A stretch of DNA of 64,000 bases, taken from contig CAZXUO010000003.1 of the NCBI GenBank assembly GCA_964643955.1, positions 19,865-83,864 of the forward strand, in the 5' to 3' direction. This document shows, piece by piece, positions 28,676-38,805 of this stretch. The notes beneath the pieces were generated by a model. The model did no database searches and had not been told where the DNA came from. It saw only the letters and a list, made by a program, of their open reading frames with translations. Origin of the DNA: an uncultured Candidatus Saccharibacteria bacterium. GTDB lineage: Bacteria; Patescibacteriota; Minisyncoccia; Phycocordibacterales; UBA918. The translations under genes and the position numbers were made by a program. Each line of letters starts with the position of its first letter. Within the stretch, counting starts at the first letter, position 1.

Positions 28676-29584
28676 ATGCAAAAAATCATTCCACATCTTT
28701 GGTTCGACACCGAGGCAAAGGAAGCTGCGGAGTTTTATGTTTCAATCTTCCCAACATCACGCATCACCCATGTGTCGACGCTCCATGACACGCCATCGGG
28801 AGATGCTGACGTTGTTTCTTTTGAGCTCGCCGGCTTCACCTTTATGTCGATCAGTGCGGGACCGTACTTTAAGATAAACCCAGCACTATCTTTTATGGTA
28901 AATTTTGATCCATCAAAAGATAGTGATGCGGAAGCACGGCTCGATACGCTATGGGGCGCGCTCTCGGAGGGCGGCAAAGTACTGATGCCGCTCGATACAT
29001 ATCCGTTTAGTAAAAAGTATGGATGGGTCGAAGATAAGTACGGCGTCTCATGGCAGCTCATTCTCACAAACCCCGATGGCGAGGAACGCCCGTTCATTAT
29101 TCCGTCAATGCTTTTCACAAACGATGTATGTGGCAAGGCGAAAGAAGCAACTGATTTCTACCTTTCAGTTTTTAAGGATACAAAGCGCGGGGCGCTCGCG
29201 CGCTATCCTGCCGGAATGGAGCCGGATAAAGAAGATACGGTGATGTTTACGGATTTCCAGCTTGAGGGACAGTGGTTTGCTGCAATGGACAGCGCACGCT
29301 CACACGATTTCTTTTTTAACGAAGCGATTTCATTTATCGTAAAGTGCGATACGCAGGATGAGATTGATTACTATTGGGAAAAGCTCTCAGCTGTTCCTGA
29401 GGCGGAGCAGTGTGGTTGGCTGAAAGACAAGTATGGCCTTTCGTGGCAGATCACTCCCGCAAGGATGGATGAGATGATGCGCGACGGTACGCCCGAGCAG
29501 ATCAGTCGTGTCACGCAGGCATTTTTGCAAATGAAGAAGTTTGATCTCGCGACACTTGAGCGCGCGTACCGTGGGGAATCCTGA
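28676..29584 (+). CDS. Tandem VOC/PhnB-like (3-dmu-9 3-mt family) protein
   Basis: Duplicated GWxxDKYGxSWQ. Confidence 0.88.
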   Translation: MQKIIPHLWFDTEAKEAAEFYVSIFPTSRITHVSTLHDTPSGDADVVSFELAGFTFMSISAGPYFKINPALSFMVNFDPSKDSDAEARLDTLWGALSEGGKVLMPLDTYPFSKKYGWVEDKYGVSWQLILTNPDGEERPFIIPSMLFTNDVCGKAKEATDFYLSVFKDTKRGALARYPAGMEPDKEDTVMFTDFQLEGQWFAAMDSARSHDFFFNEAISFIVKCDTQDEIDYYWEKLSAVPEAEQCGWLKDKYGLSWQITPARMDEMMRDGTPEQISRVTQAFLQMKKFDLATLERAYRGES

Positions 29585-29617
29585 TGAGCTGAGGACGGGC
29601 TGTGGTAGTCTGAGAAG

Positions 29618-29908
29618 ATGCGAGTGAAGAAGATCGTCCATCGACATTTTATTGATAGGGTCGCACTCATTAATGCGTTCGTGAGTGCGTTTGCGCTCTA
29701 CCCACAGCTTTTTGTGCTGCTTACCAATGTGCATGTTGATACGAAAAGTTTTTCGATGGTCTCCTTTATACTCATATTTACAAGTAGTATCTTGTGGCTT
29801 TGGTACGGTGTGCACCAGCGTGTCGTCCCACTCATCGTCTCATCGTTACTAAATGCGGGTGCTGCTGGCGGCATCATCCTGCTACTTCTATTTCATCGCA
29901 TGTTCTAA
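29618..29908 (+). CDS. SemiSWEET / PQ-loop transporter
   Basis: YPQL, LWLWYG, PLIVSS; 3 TM. Confidence 0.7.
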   Translation: MRVKKIVHRHFIDRVALINAFVSAFALYPQLFVLLTNVHVDTKSFSMVSFILIFTSSILWLWYGVHQRVVPLIVSSLLNAGAAGGIILLLLFHRMF

Positions 29909-29910
29909 TA

Positions 29911-30567
29911 TCAAGCAAGAACTCTCTTAAGCTTTTCAATATCGGGGATGTGGATGATTTTGTTTGAGACTTTGATGATTCTCTTTTTGATGAATATGCG
30001 CATGATAGTGTTGGTGCTTTCCCGTGTCATATGGAGGAAGTTTGCGATGGTGGTTTGTGTGAGTGGTATGTAGATGTGGCACCCATTCTTTACTTCAGTG
30101 CCGTAATGCTTTGCCATAAAGAGAAGCCATCGAGCAAATTTGCGCTCGATGCCATTTTCGCCTTGGTAGATGATGCGTTCGATAAGATAGATGCGACTTC
30201 GCAATACCATGTCGAGGTATTCTTGCGCGAACTCCGGATCACGCCCGAGGTGCATAAAAAAGTCAGACCGCTTGACCCGATAGAGCGACACTGCTGTCTC
30301 TGCGGTGTACTCGAGTTTGCCGCCTTCGTCGCCAAAAAAAGATCCGCTCTGCGCGAAGGTTGTACCGGGACGGAAGAATCCGATGATGCGAGTAGTACCG
30401 TCCGAGAGGGTAAATGAGGAGCGTACATACCCTGACACAAGGAAGTACACCCATGGATATTGTTCGGCAGGCCAGACGAGAAGCTGGTCTTTTTTGTACC
30501 ACAGGAGTTCTCCGTGTTTCTTGAAAAATGTCTCGTGTACGTGGGAGTACTTGTAGAGAAGCGGCAT
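29911..30567 (-). CDS. Crp/Fnr family regulator
   Basis: VYFLVSGYVR; LTQTTIANFLHMTRES helix-turn-helix. Confidence 0.9.
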   Translation of the reverse strand: MPLLYKYSHVHETFFKKHGELLWYKKDQLLVWPAEQYPWVYFLVSGYVRSSFTLSDGTTRIIGFFRPGTTFAQSGSFFGDEGGKLEYTAETAVSLYRVKRSDFFMHLGRDPEFAQEYLDMVLRSRIYLIERIIYQGENGIERKFARWLLFMAKHYGTEVKNGCHIYIPLTQTTIANFLHMTRESTNTIMRIFIKKRIIKVSNKIIHIPDIEKLKRVLA

Positions 30568-30600
30568 ACCGGTGGATAAGTTTCCACTACTATATCATTT

Positions 30601-30616
30601 TGTGAAATAAGTCACA
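30601..30616. promoter_or_regulatory. Perfect CRP box
   Basis: TGTGA-AATAAG-TCACA between the divergent crp and surface-protein genes. Confidence 0.8.
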
Positions 30617-30675
30617 GTATTTATATGGGTTTTTTTATACCGTTAGAGCACCTAGGTGCTCGATAATGGATACAT

Positions 30676-32307
30676 ATGCGGGACGTATATGTGCCACTTT
30701 TTTTGCGTACCGGAATTTTTATTTTGGTTTTATTGGCCGCGCTTTCTTTGTGGATACCTTCGGTTTATGCAACGACTGTTTTGAGTAACATTGGTGAGAC
30801 GAATGATAAATCGACAACTTCTGTTCGAAGCAATGTGTGGAAGGCGTGGAAATTTACTGCAGGAGGTCCGGCGACAATAACAAGTGTCACTATGGCAGTC
30901 GATCTCGTCCAGTCTGTTACCGGACTTGATATTAAATTTTACAACGATAATAACGGCAATCTTGGCACGCAGATTGGTGGCTATCTTGACTACACCTCGA
31001 CAAATACTGATGCAAGTCAGGCAACATATGGAACACTTGTAGGAAACAGTATTGTCATTCCGAGTGCTGGCTCGTACTGGATTGGTCTGGTACCACCTTC
31101 GTCAGCAAATATTTATTTGAAATTGACATCTTCTACGAATGAGACCGGTATTGCGGGATGGGAGATGTTTTTAGGAAACAATGGTTTTGTTTCATTTTAT
31201 TCTGGACAGTTTTATAACAACACGGCAACAATTGGTACTCTTATGTTAACGATGTCAGGCGATACTACTGATGAGACTGCCCCGACGATCAGTACACTTT
31301 CGCCTGCGGATGGTGCGACGACAACTGCAACCACGGCGAACCTCGTTATGACGTTTAGTGAAGCAGTTGATGCGGAGACGGGTAATATCACCATCAAAAA
31401 GGGAAGCGACAACAGCACCATTGAGACAATTGCTGTGACGAGTGGTCAAGTGACGGGAAGTGGTACGGCAACAATTACCATAAATCCATCGAGTAATCTT
31501 TTAGAGAATACTGCGTACTATGTACAGGTAGACGCAACTGCATTTGATGATGCTGCGGGTAATAGCTATGCCGGTATCTCAAATACGACCTCATGGAATT
31601 TTACGACGGCAGATGCTTCAGGTGGTACGACACAAGGTTGGTCGCGACCACCATCGCCAAGAATTGAGGTTTCTTTAAAAGATGCTACGTCAGTGATAGT
31701 AGCTGGTTCGCTTACAGATAGTAGTGTGCGTGTAAATGAAATGGGCTTTGAATATTGGCGAACAAAGAAGAATCCTGAAAAGATAGTACTCTCGGGGACG
31801 CCGCGCTCATACCGATACACTGTTCGAGATCTTTTGTGTGGTACAACATATACTCTTCGTGGGTTTACCAAAAATATAACAGGTACTACCTATACTGATG
31901 AGGTGACATTTGAGACAGAAGATTGTGAGGCAGAGGAAGACAATTCTAAAGACGACGAAAGTATGTCAGAAGATGAAGATGTGACGGATACTGAGGATTC
32001 AGTTTTCATGACGCCGTCAGTCTCACTTCAGTCGTCGACGTATGAATCACTTGATGAGCGCGATCTCTTTTTAGAGGCTGAGGGTGAGGATGTGCGTGTG
32101 CTTCAGTTATTCTTAATAGAGCAAACCGTCGGTCCTGCCGCACGTGAGCTTGCACGTGTTGGTGCGACTGGATATTTTGGTACGTACACACAAAATGCGC
32201 TTGGTGAATTTCAAAAAGCTAATGGAATTGTGCCGCATGCGGGATATTTTGGTCCCATCACTCGCTTGTTTATAAAAAATATGAGCAGCCTCTCATTTGG
32301 TTCTTGA
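30676..32307 (+). CDS. Secreted Big_5 (SbsA Ig-like) + peptidoglycan-binding protein
   Basis: APTISTLSPADGAT..MTFSEAV..DAAGN; GEDVRVLQLFL..GYFGPIT. Confidence 0.82.
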   Translation: MRDVYVPLFLRTGIFILVLLAALSLWIPSVYATTVLSNIGETNDKSTTSVRSNVWKAWKFTAGGPATITSVTMAVDLVQSVTGLDIKFYNDNNGNLGTQIGGYLDYTSTNTDASQATYGTLVGNSIVIPSAGSYWIGLVPPSSANIYLKLTSSTNETGIAGWEMFLGNNGFVSFYSGQFYNNTATIGTLMLTMSGDTTDETAPTISTLSPADGATTTATTANLVMTFSEAVDAETGNITIKKGSDNSTIETIAVTSGQVTGSGTATITINPSSNLLENTAYYVQVDATAFDDAAGNSYAGISNTTSWNFTTADASGGTTQGWSRPPSPRIEVSLKDATSVIVAGSLTDSSVRVNEMGFEYWRTKKNPEKIVLSGTPRSYRYTVRDLLCGTTYTLRGFTKNITGTTYTDEVTFETEDCEAEEDNSKDDESMSEDEDVTDTEDSVFMTPSVSLQSSTYESLDERDLFLEAEGEDVRVLQLFLIEQTVGPAARELARVGATGYFGTYTQNALGEFQKANGIVPHAGYFGPITRLFIKNMSSLSFGS

Positions 32308-32363
32308 TTATTATGTGGAGTGCTGAGCTGACGTCGTGTAGTGGGAGGTGAGATACTAGAGAA

Positions 32364-32918
32364 GTGAGAAAGAAGAGTCGTCAGAAAAAATGGGCGTATC
32401 AGAATACGATACTTTTGTTATTGTCGCTTACGGCACTTTTTATACTTGCTGATTCCGCACCTGTACAGAAACTCCTTCATGATGTCTCTTCGTACGGATA
32501 TCTCGGCACGTTTATAGCGGGTATATTTTTCGTTTCGACGTTTACGATTGCGCCCGCGTCGCTTGTTCTACTGCATCTTGCTGACAGTCAGCCACTTGCG
32601 ATACTCGCGCTTGTCGCAGGATTGGGCGGTATGATCGGAGATTTACTCATTTTCCGCTTCTTCAAGGATCAGATTTTTTCGGAGCTTGCGCCGCTTTTCT
32701 CACGGATCACTGGGAAGGGCGTGTGGTGTCTGGCATGCAGTCCGTATTTCAGCTGGCTCATGCCGGTCTTCGGAGCGCTCATTATCGTCTCACCATTTCC
32801 TGACGAGATTGGTGTCGGCTTGATGGGGGTGAGCAAGATAAAGACCTGGCAGTTTATGGCGCTCACGTTTGTCCTCAATGTCTTTGGAGTGCTCCTCATT
32901 ATCTTTCTATTTCGATAG
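32364..32918 (+). CDS. DedA/VTT-like membrane protein
   Basis: STFTIAPA, SPFPDEIG. Confidence 0.6.
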   Translation: MRKKSRQKKWAYQNTILLLLSLTALFILADSAPVQKLLHDVSSYGYLGTFIAGIFFVSTFTIAPASLVLLHLADSQPLAILALVAGLGGMIGDLLIFRFFKDQIFSELAPLFSRITGKGVWCLACSPYFSWLMPVFGALIIVSPFPDEIGVGLMGVSKIKTWQFMALTFVLNVFGVLLIIFLFR

Positions 32919-33000
32919 TCAACAAAGTCGAGAAAAAACGCTATAATCAAGAGTAATTCACTTGATTGTGTGATTATTTTAACTGTAATTTAGTCTGCTC

Positions 33001-33438
33001 ATGGAGGATTATTTTTTAGTGAATGAAGCGAAGGTGGTGAGTCAGACTCTTGAGGGAGAGGCGATCGTGATCAATCTCGAAAAAGGAAACTACTACAGTT
33101 TCAACGTGACTGGCTCAGAAATATGGGACCTCATGGTTGCTGGGCATGCGCTGCATGCCATCGAGCAATATATCTCTGATCGGTACAATGTCTCACTTGA
33201 GCAGGCAGAGGAGGATGTGCGCGCGTTTGTGACGTCTTTGGAACAGGAGGATCTCGTCACACGTACAGAGAAAGGTGAGACAGCGCATTCTGCGCCGACA
33301 GTGACAAAAGCAACAGAACAATTCGTACGCCCTTCGTTTGAACGATACGACGATATGCAAGAAATGCTGCTCGCCGATCCAATCCACGATGTGGGCGAGG
33401 CTGGGTGGCCTGTTCTCAAAAAAGAAGAAGCGGTATGA
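33001..33438 (+). CDS. PqqD/RRE protein with a C-terminal leader-peptide-like extension
   Basis: GEAIVINLEKGNYYSFNVTGSEIW...DVRAFVTSL; tail FVRPSFERYDDMQEMLLADPIHDVGEAGWP. Confidence 0.85.
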   Translation: MEDYFLVNEAKVVSQTLEGEAIVINLEKGNYYSFNVTGSEIWDLMVAGHALHAIEQYISDRYNVSLEQAEEDVRAFVTSLEQEDLVTRTEKGETAHSAPTVTKATEQFVRPSFERYDDMQEMLLADPIHDVGEAGWPVLKKEEAV

Positions 33439-34094
33439 GTGATCTACCACGCATCTCTGTAGTCACTCCGGTATTTAACGGAGTCAGGTACATTGAAGCA
33501 ACCGTCCACTCAGTGCTCGAACAGGGGTATCCCAACCTCGAGTACATTCTCGTTGATGATGGTTCAACTGATGCGACTCGTGAAGTCCTTGCACAATTTG
33601 GCGACGCTGTGCGTGTGATTGTTCAGAAAAATACAGGACATGTCATTGCTCGAAACGTAGGGCTGCGCGCTGCAACAGGAAGCATAATCTCGTTTATTGA
33701 TCAGGATGATGTGTGGCCGCATGGTCGGCTCGAGAAAATGCTCCCGTTCATAATGAGTGGGGAATACGATTATGTTCGAGGGAAGACACTTTTGTTTGGA
33801 GATTATATTGAAAAAGATCTACCGATTCATCGTTATCCGATCATTGGCGCGTGTCTGTATCGAAGTGAGATATTTCAAAGTATCGGTCTTTTTGATGAAG
33901 GGATGGATGCGGGAGAGGATTTCGACTGGAATGTTCGTCTGGGAGAATCAACATTTCGCGAAAAACGGATTGACGATGTGACGCTCTTGTACCGCCAGCA
34001 TGATACAAATCTGTCTCACACGGATGGTTTTCTTGCGCGCGGACAGTTTGATACGCTCCGGAAAAAATTGAAGCGCGCACGTACACACATATAA
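33435..34094 (+). CDS. GT2 glycosyltransferase
   Basis: ISVVTPVFN, VDDGSTD, FIDQDD. Confidence 0.9.
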   Translation: MSDLPRISVVTPVFNGVRYIEATVHSVLEQGYPNLEYILVDDGSTDATREVLAQFGDAVRVIVQKNTGHVIARNVGLRAATGSIISFIDQDDVWPHGRLEKMLPFIMSGEYDYVRGKTLLFGDYIEKDLPIHRYPIIGACLYRSEIFQSIGLFDEGMDAGEDFDWNVRLGESTFREKRIDDVTLLYRQHDTNLSHTDGFLARGQFDTLRKKLKRARTHI

Positions 34095-34107
34095 CTATCC
34101 AGCAGCC

Positions 34108-35178
34108 ATGAACTCGCAATTACCAACTAGAAACTTTCTCGGAATTTCTGCATCATATTTTGAAAAAGAATTTTTGCCAACATTCACGAGAGTGTCTGCA
34201 CGCACGTCGCCGCAGGAGGTCCAGTACGAGATTGCAGGAGTGAAGATATCTTTGCGATTTTTTTGCGAGCAACTTGCAGAGCGGCTCATGCCGGCATTCG
34301 CTCATTTGCCGAAATTCTCGGGGGCGCCGGACATTGTTGTTAATCTTGTAGACGGATCGATCATGCCGCTTATGCCTCCGTGGTCGCGCGCAGATTTTTT
34401 ACAAAGTGGTGCAGATGTTTCTCTAAACCGTTCTTCATTTCGCGGAGTGTACATAAGTGGGGAGGAATCTTTGAACTTCTATGATGCTGAATCCAGAGTT
34501 GCGTATTTTTGGACAAATGACGTTGGTGCACTGCCGGGTTGGGTTGTTGGCGCGCCGCTTCGAGCAATTTTGCATTGGGTGTTATCTTCTCGAGATATAC
34601 AACTAGTCCACGCGGCTGCAGTCGGACGTGGTGATGAGACGGTGCTTTTAACGGCGAAGAGTGGGTCGGGAAAATCAACAACAGCTCTCTCGTGCGTACT
34701 CTCAGGCATGACTTACTTGGGGGATGATTATGTCGGAGTCACTGCGGGTGCGAATGATTTGGTGGCACATAGCTTGTATGATTCAGCGAAGATGACTCCG
34801 AACACGCAAAAGATGTTTCCTGAGTATGCAGAAGGTGTTGTCACGGTCCCGTCAGTAGATGATCGGAAATCAGTCGTGTACCTCTCTCAGATTTTTCCTG
34901 AACGAGTACGAACGGTATCCAGTGTGCGCGCTATTTTAATACCGAGTATTGATTCTGCCGCGGAAGCGTCGTTTCTCATTCCCGCACGAAAGCATGAAGC
35001 ACTTCGTGCGCTTGCTCCGACCGTGCTTTTTCAGCTGCCCGGGGCAGGCACTATGCTCCTCGGTCGACTCGCTGAAATCGTTTCGTGCGTGCCGTCGTAC
35101 CATCTGCGACTCGGCTCTGATGTGCGCGCAATCCCGAGCGTGATCGATACTGTTTTTTCTTACCATCGCTCGATATGA
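34108..35178 (+). CDS. HPr kinase-related peptide kinase
   Basis: VHAAAV, AKSGSGKST, YLGDD. Confidence 0.82.
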   Translation: MNSQLPTRNFLGISASYFEKEFLPTFTRVSARTSPQEVQYEIAGVKISLRFFCEQLAERLMPAFAHLPKFSGAPDIVVNLVDGSIMPLMPPWSRADFLQSGADVSLNRSSFRGVYISGEESLNFYDAESRVAYFWTNDVGALPGWVVGAPLRAILHWVLSSRDIQLVHAAAVGRGDETVLLTAKSGSGKSTTALSCVLSGMTYLGDDYVGVTAGANDLVAHSLYDSAKMTPNTQKMFPEYAEGVVTVPSVDDRKSVVYLSQIFPERVRTVSSVRAILIPSIDSAAEASFLIPARKHEALRALAPTVLFQLPGAGTMLLGRLAEIVSCVPSYHLRLGSDVRAIPSVIDTVFSYHRSI

Positions 35179-36842
35179 GTGCAACGTTTCAAAACTTGAG
35201 AGGATTTTATACACAATATTTTGCAAAGCATACGCGGCGCTTTGGTGTGAGTCTCATGCTCGCTATTGTTCAAGCGTTACTACTCGTACCTATTCCGTTT
35301 TTAGTACATGCGCTGTTTAAAACACTTTCGACGCACGGAGAAGTACGTTCACTCTTCCTCATCCTCGGGTCCATTATTTGTTTGATTATAGGTGCAGCTA
35401 CTGCTGCGATAATGAATCGCCGCATAACACTTTCTCTCATTAAAGAATCTGTTGGGGATTTGCGCGCTCATCTTGTAGAGCAGACGCTTGCACGCTCTCG
35501 CGCTGAGTACGCAACACTTGAAGTTGATGCGATTCACTCCGACATCGTGTACGGTACCGAGCGGATTGATTGCATGATGAGTGCGCTTTTCACACAGGTG
35601 GTACCTGGCATTCTGGTTGGTCTCGGAATCGGTATCGTCCTCCTCTACCTCAGTCCGCTCCTCACGCTCGTTGTCGTGCTCTCACTCCCAATTCTGTATG
35701 TGTGCGCACGGGCGTTCGGGAGACGGGTGCAGATACTTGTGAAGAAATTTCATGGTGACTTCTCAACTTTTAGTGAAAAGATTTCTTTCGTTACTCATTT
35801 TCATGAGCTTATAAAAATATCAGGGTCAGAGAGATTTGAATTGTCGCAGCAGCGACGATCGATACAAGATCTACGTTTTTCAAGTAGCGCGATGGCATTC
35901 TTTTCGACGATCCATACGATCATGCAGGGGAACGTGATGGTGCTCGTCGGTGTGATTGTGCTACTCGTGGGTGGTATACAGATTATCTCTGGCACGATGA
36001 CGCTCGGTGTAGTCCTCTCATTTTATATTGCACTAAGTGTGCTGATATCGCATATGCGCGTCGCGGTTGGAGCGCTCCCGACAGTCTTGGAGGGCTGGGA
36101 ATCTCTTCACGCACTCAGTGTGCATCTCGGATGGACGCCGACACTCTCGTCGGGTGGTCGTAACATCGATTCGATTACCCGTATCGATATGGAAGATGTT
36201 TCGTTTGGTTATGGGGATGAGCGTATGCTGCAGGGCGTCAGTCTGACGCTCACGCACGGTGAAATGATCGGGCTGTACGGCCCTTCGGGCTCAGGCAAAT
36301 CAACACTTGCGAGCCTGCTTTCGGGTCTTTATCAACCGCAGTCAGGCAGGGTGAGTTTCAATGGAGTTGATCTTCAGGATATTAATCCCGAGAGCTATCG
36401 GTCACGTATTGGAATGCTCACACAAGGATTATTGATCTTCTCGGGTTCAATCCGAGACAATCTTACCTACGGCATTGCGGATGTTTCTGATGATCTCTTG
36501 CGAGAAGTTTGTACGATGTGTGGGATACAAGAATATATTGATGCGCTGCCGGAGGGATATGATACACCGGTCGGTGCGAACGGCACGCAGCTTTCGGGTG
36601 GACAGCGGCAGCGTGTAGCACTTGCTCGTGCGCTCGTTCGGCAGCCCGATATACTGATACTTGATGAGCCCGATAATAATCTCGATCAGATGATGATCGA
36701 GAGCATACTTACTCACATCCACCAAAAGAAGATCACTACACTCGTGATCACACACAATCGATCATTGGCGCATCATTTTGATCGGGTTTACGAATGTACA
36801 AAAGTAGGCGGCGTGACTTTAGTGCGTGAGCAGAAAATATAA
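35175..36842 (+). CDS. ABC exporter (fused TMD-NBD)
   Basis: GPSGSGKS, LSGGQRQR, ILDEP. Confidence 0.92.
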   Translation: MSATFQNLRGFYTQYFAKHTRRFGVSLMLAIVQALLLVPIPFLVHALFKTLSTHGEVRSLFLILGSIICLIIGAATAAIMNRRITLSLIKESVGDLRAHLVEQTLARSRAEYATLEVDAIHSDIVYGTERIDCMMSALFTQVVPGILVGLGIGIVLLYLSPLLTLVVVLSLPILYVCARAFGRRVQILVKKFHGDFSTFSEKISFVTHFHELIKISGSERFELSQQRRSIQDLRFSSSAMAFFSTIHTIMQGNVMVLVGVIVLLVGGIQIISGTMTLGVVLSFYIALSVLISHMRVAVGALPTVLEGWESLHALSVHLGWTPTLSSGGRNIDSITRIDMEDVSFGYGDERMLQGVSLTLTHGEMIGLYGPSGSGKSTLASLLSGLYQPQSGRVSFNGVDLQDINPESYRSRIGMLTQGLLIFSGSIRDNLTYGIADVSDDLLREVCTMCGIQEYIDALPEGYDTPVGANGTQLSGGQRQRVALARALVRQPDILILDEPDNNLDQMMIESILTHIHQKKITTLVITHNRSLAHHFDRVYECTKVGGVTLVREQKI

Positions 36843-36844
36843 AT

Positions 36845-37531
36845 ATGGATACGACTGGTCTCGTGAGTGTCATTGTGCCTGCATATAACGCTGAGCGTTA
36901 TATAGGTGAGGCGCTTGAAAGTGTCTTTGCTCAGTCATACCAATATATGGAGGTAATCTGTGTGAATGACGGATCGACTGACAAGACGGGCGAGATCATT
37001 CGTTCGTACGGTGATCGAGTCGTATTTATCGATCAAGAAAAAAATAGTGGCATAGCGACGACTCGGAATGTTGCGCTACGACACGCTCGCGGCGCGTGGA
37101 TTGCTCTCATGGATGCAGATGATGTATGGGAGCCAGAGAAATTGCAGCTACAACACGCCTATGCAGATGGTCATCCGGACGTCGGTATTATTTTTACACA
37201 CGCGCAATGCTTCATCAGTCCTGATCTTCCGCCTGAAGTTCGAAGACTTCGACATTGTCCAGTTGAACCTTTGCCGGGGTTGCTTGCTGCATCTGCTTTT
37301 ATAAAAAAAGAACTTTTTGATACGGTCGGTTTTTTTGATGAGCGTTGGAGAGTAGGGGAATTTATCGATTGGTTTTCGCGAGCCCAGAGTATGGGAATTG
37401 AACATAAAGTGCTTGATGAAGTACTCTTGCGTCGTCGTATACATGATACGAACACGGGCGTCGAGAAGCGTCCTGAACGCGTCGACTATGTTGGTATTGT
37501 GCGTGAAGCTTTGAAGCGTCGGAGGGTATAG
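36845..37531 (+). CDS. GT2 glycosyltransferase
   Basis: VSVIVPAYN, NDGSTD, MDADD. Confidence 0.9.
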   Translation: MDTTGLVSVIVPAYNAERYIGEALESVFAQSYQYMEVICVNDGSTDKTGEIIRSYGDRVVFIDQEKNSGIATTRNVALRHARGAWIALMDADDVWEPEKLQLQHAYADGHPDVGIIFTHAQCFISPDLPPEVRRLRHCPVEPLPGLLAASAFIKKELFDTVGFFDERWRVGEFIDWFSRAQSMGIEHKVLDEVLLRRRIHDTNTGVEKRPERVDYVGIVREALKRRRV

Positions 37532-37535
37532 AAGT

Positions 37536-38741
37536 ATGTCGCATACCATGTTATTTCCACTAAGTTTCCCAAACACTGAGGAGGAATCATTTCTCAGACT
37601 ATTACTTGCTGATCGCGAGCATTTTCGCGAGCTTTGGGAAGCATGGAAGACAACAGTTGTTTTTGATGATATTGATTTTGCAACGCTTCGACTGCTTCCA
37701 CTCTTGTACATGCGGCTGCGTGAAGCGGGGATTACGGACGACAAATATGTCGGGAAAATACGCGGCGTATATCGCATGGTGTGGGCGCGTAATCAGTGTC
37801 TCATCAACGAGGTGGCTGCGGTCGCTGATACATGTAGGGAGCGCGGCATTGACGTGCTACTTCTCAAAGGGCTCGCATTGCTTATTGATATGTATCGAGA
37901 TCCAGCAGCGCGGTTTTTGGGAGATGGAGATATTTTAATAAAAAAAGAGGATGTGCCGAGAGTTTTTGAAATCTTAGAAGAACTCGGGTGGACATGCGTC
38001 GATCCGTCGGTGTCACTAAAACATAACGCGCGCTACGAGGGGCTATTTGAGGTTACGCACGCAGTCGCGTTTAGAAATAAAACGGGTGTAGAGATCGAGG
38101 TACATTGGCATGTTTTTCATGTTGAGCTCGAGCGAGATCTTTTACGCTTGCTATTACTTTTGAGTCCGCACAATCGTGCAAATACAACCCTGTCGTGGCA
38201 GCGCGCTCGCGCGATCAAGCTCAAGGAAGTGCCAGTAAAAATGCTCTCGTATGAAGATATGCTCGTACATGTAATCGTGCACGGTGCTGAGGGTAATGAT
38301 AATCATCGGACATTGCGATGGGTCGTTGATGCTGCCTATATCATAAATACAACTTCGCTCGATTGGGATCGTGTACTTGAGATCACTCGTGATGGGGCGC
38401 ATATCGTCGCGATGCGTTACGGGATCACGTATCTCAAAGATAAGATGCATACAGATATTCCCTCTGTGTTTGTCTCAAAGCTTATGCAGCTTACATATTC
38501 ATCCCGTGAACATAGAAATTATCTACGTCGCACGCGTGTATGGTTTCCGCCACTTGGTAATTTTCCGTCACTCTGGTATCGATATTGGAAATATGAATCT
38601 TATGGCTCGTATCTGGAGCGCCTACGCCACTTCTCTTCATATCTGAAGCAAGTGTGGTCTGTTTCTCCTGCAGAGAGCCTGCTCACTTTCATTTATCGTA
38701 AGTATTGCGGCCGGATGATGCGAAAGTTCGGTAGAAAATGA
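37536..38741 (+). CDS. NTP_transf_5-like nucleotidyltransferase
   Basis: LLKGLAL, RFLGDGDILI, EIEVHW, LRWVVD. Confidence 0.85.
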   Translation: MSHTMLFPLSFPNTEEESFLRLLLADREHFRELWEAWKTTVVFDDIDFATLRLLPLLYMRLREAGITDDKYVGKIRGVYRMVWARNQCLINEVAAVADTCRERGIDVLLLKGLALLIDMYRDPAARFLGDGDILIKKEDVPRVFEILEELGWTCVDPSVSLKHNARYEGLFEVTHAVAFRNKTGVEIEVHWHVFHVELERDLLRLLLLLSPHNRANTTLSWQRARAIKLKEVPVKMLSYEDMLVHVIVHGAEGNDNHRTLRWVVDAAYIINTTSLDWDRVLEITRDGAHIVAMRYGITYLKDKMHTDIPSVFVSKLMQLTYSSREHRNYLRRTRVWFPPLGNFPSLWYRYWKYESYGSYLERLRHFSSYLKQVWSVSPAESLLTFIYRKYCGRMMRKFGRK

Positions 38742-38805
38742 TGCTGCATTTGATTTGGTATAATGCGGTGTGCATTTACTACAGTAACGAATTTATCTCA
38801 TATAT

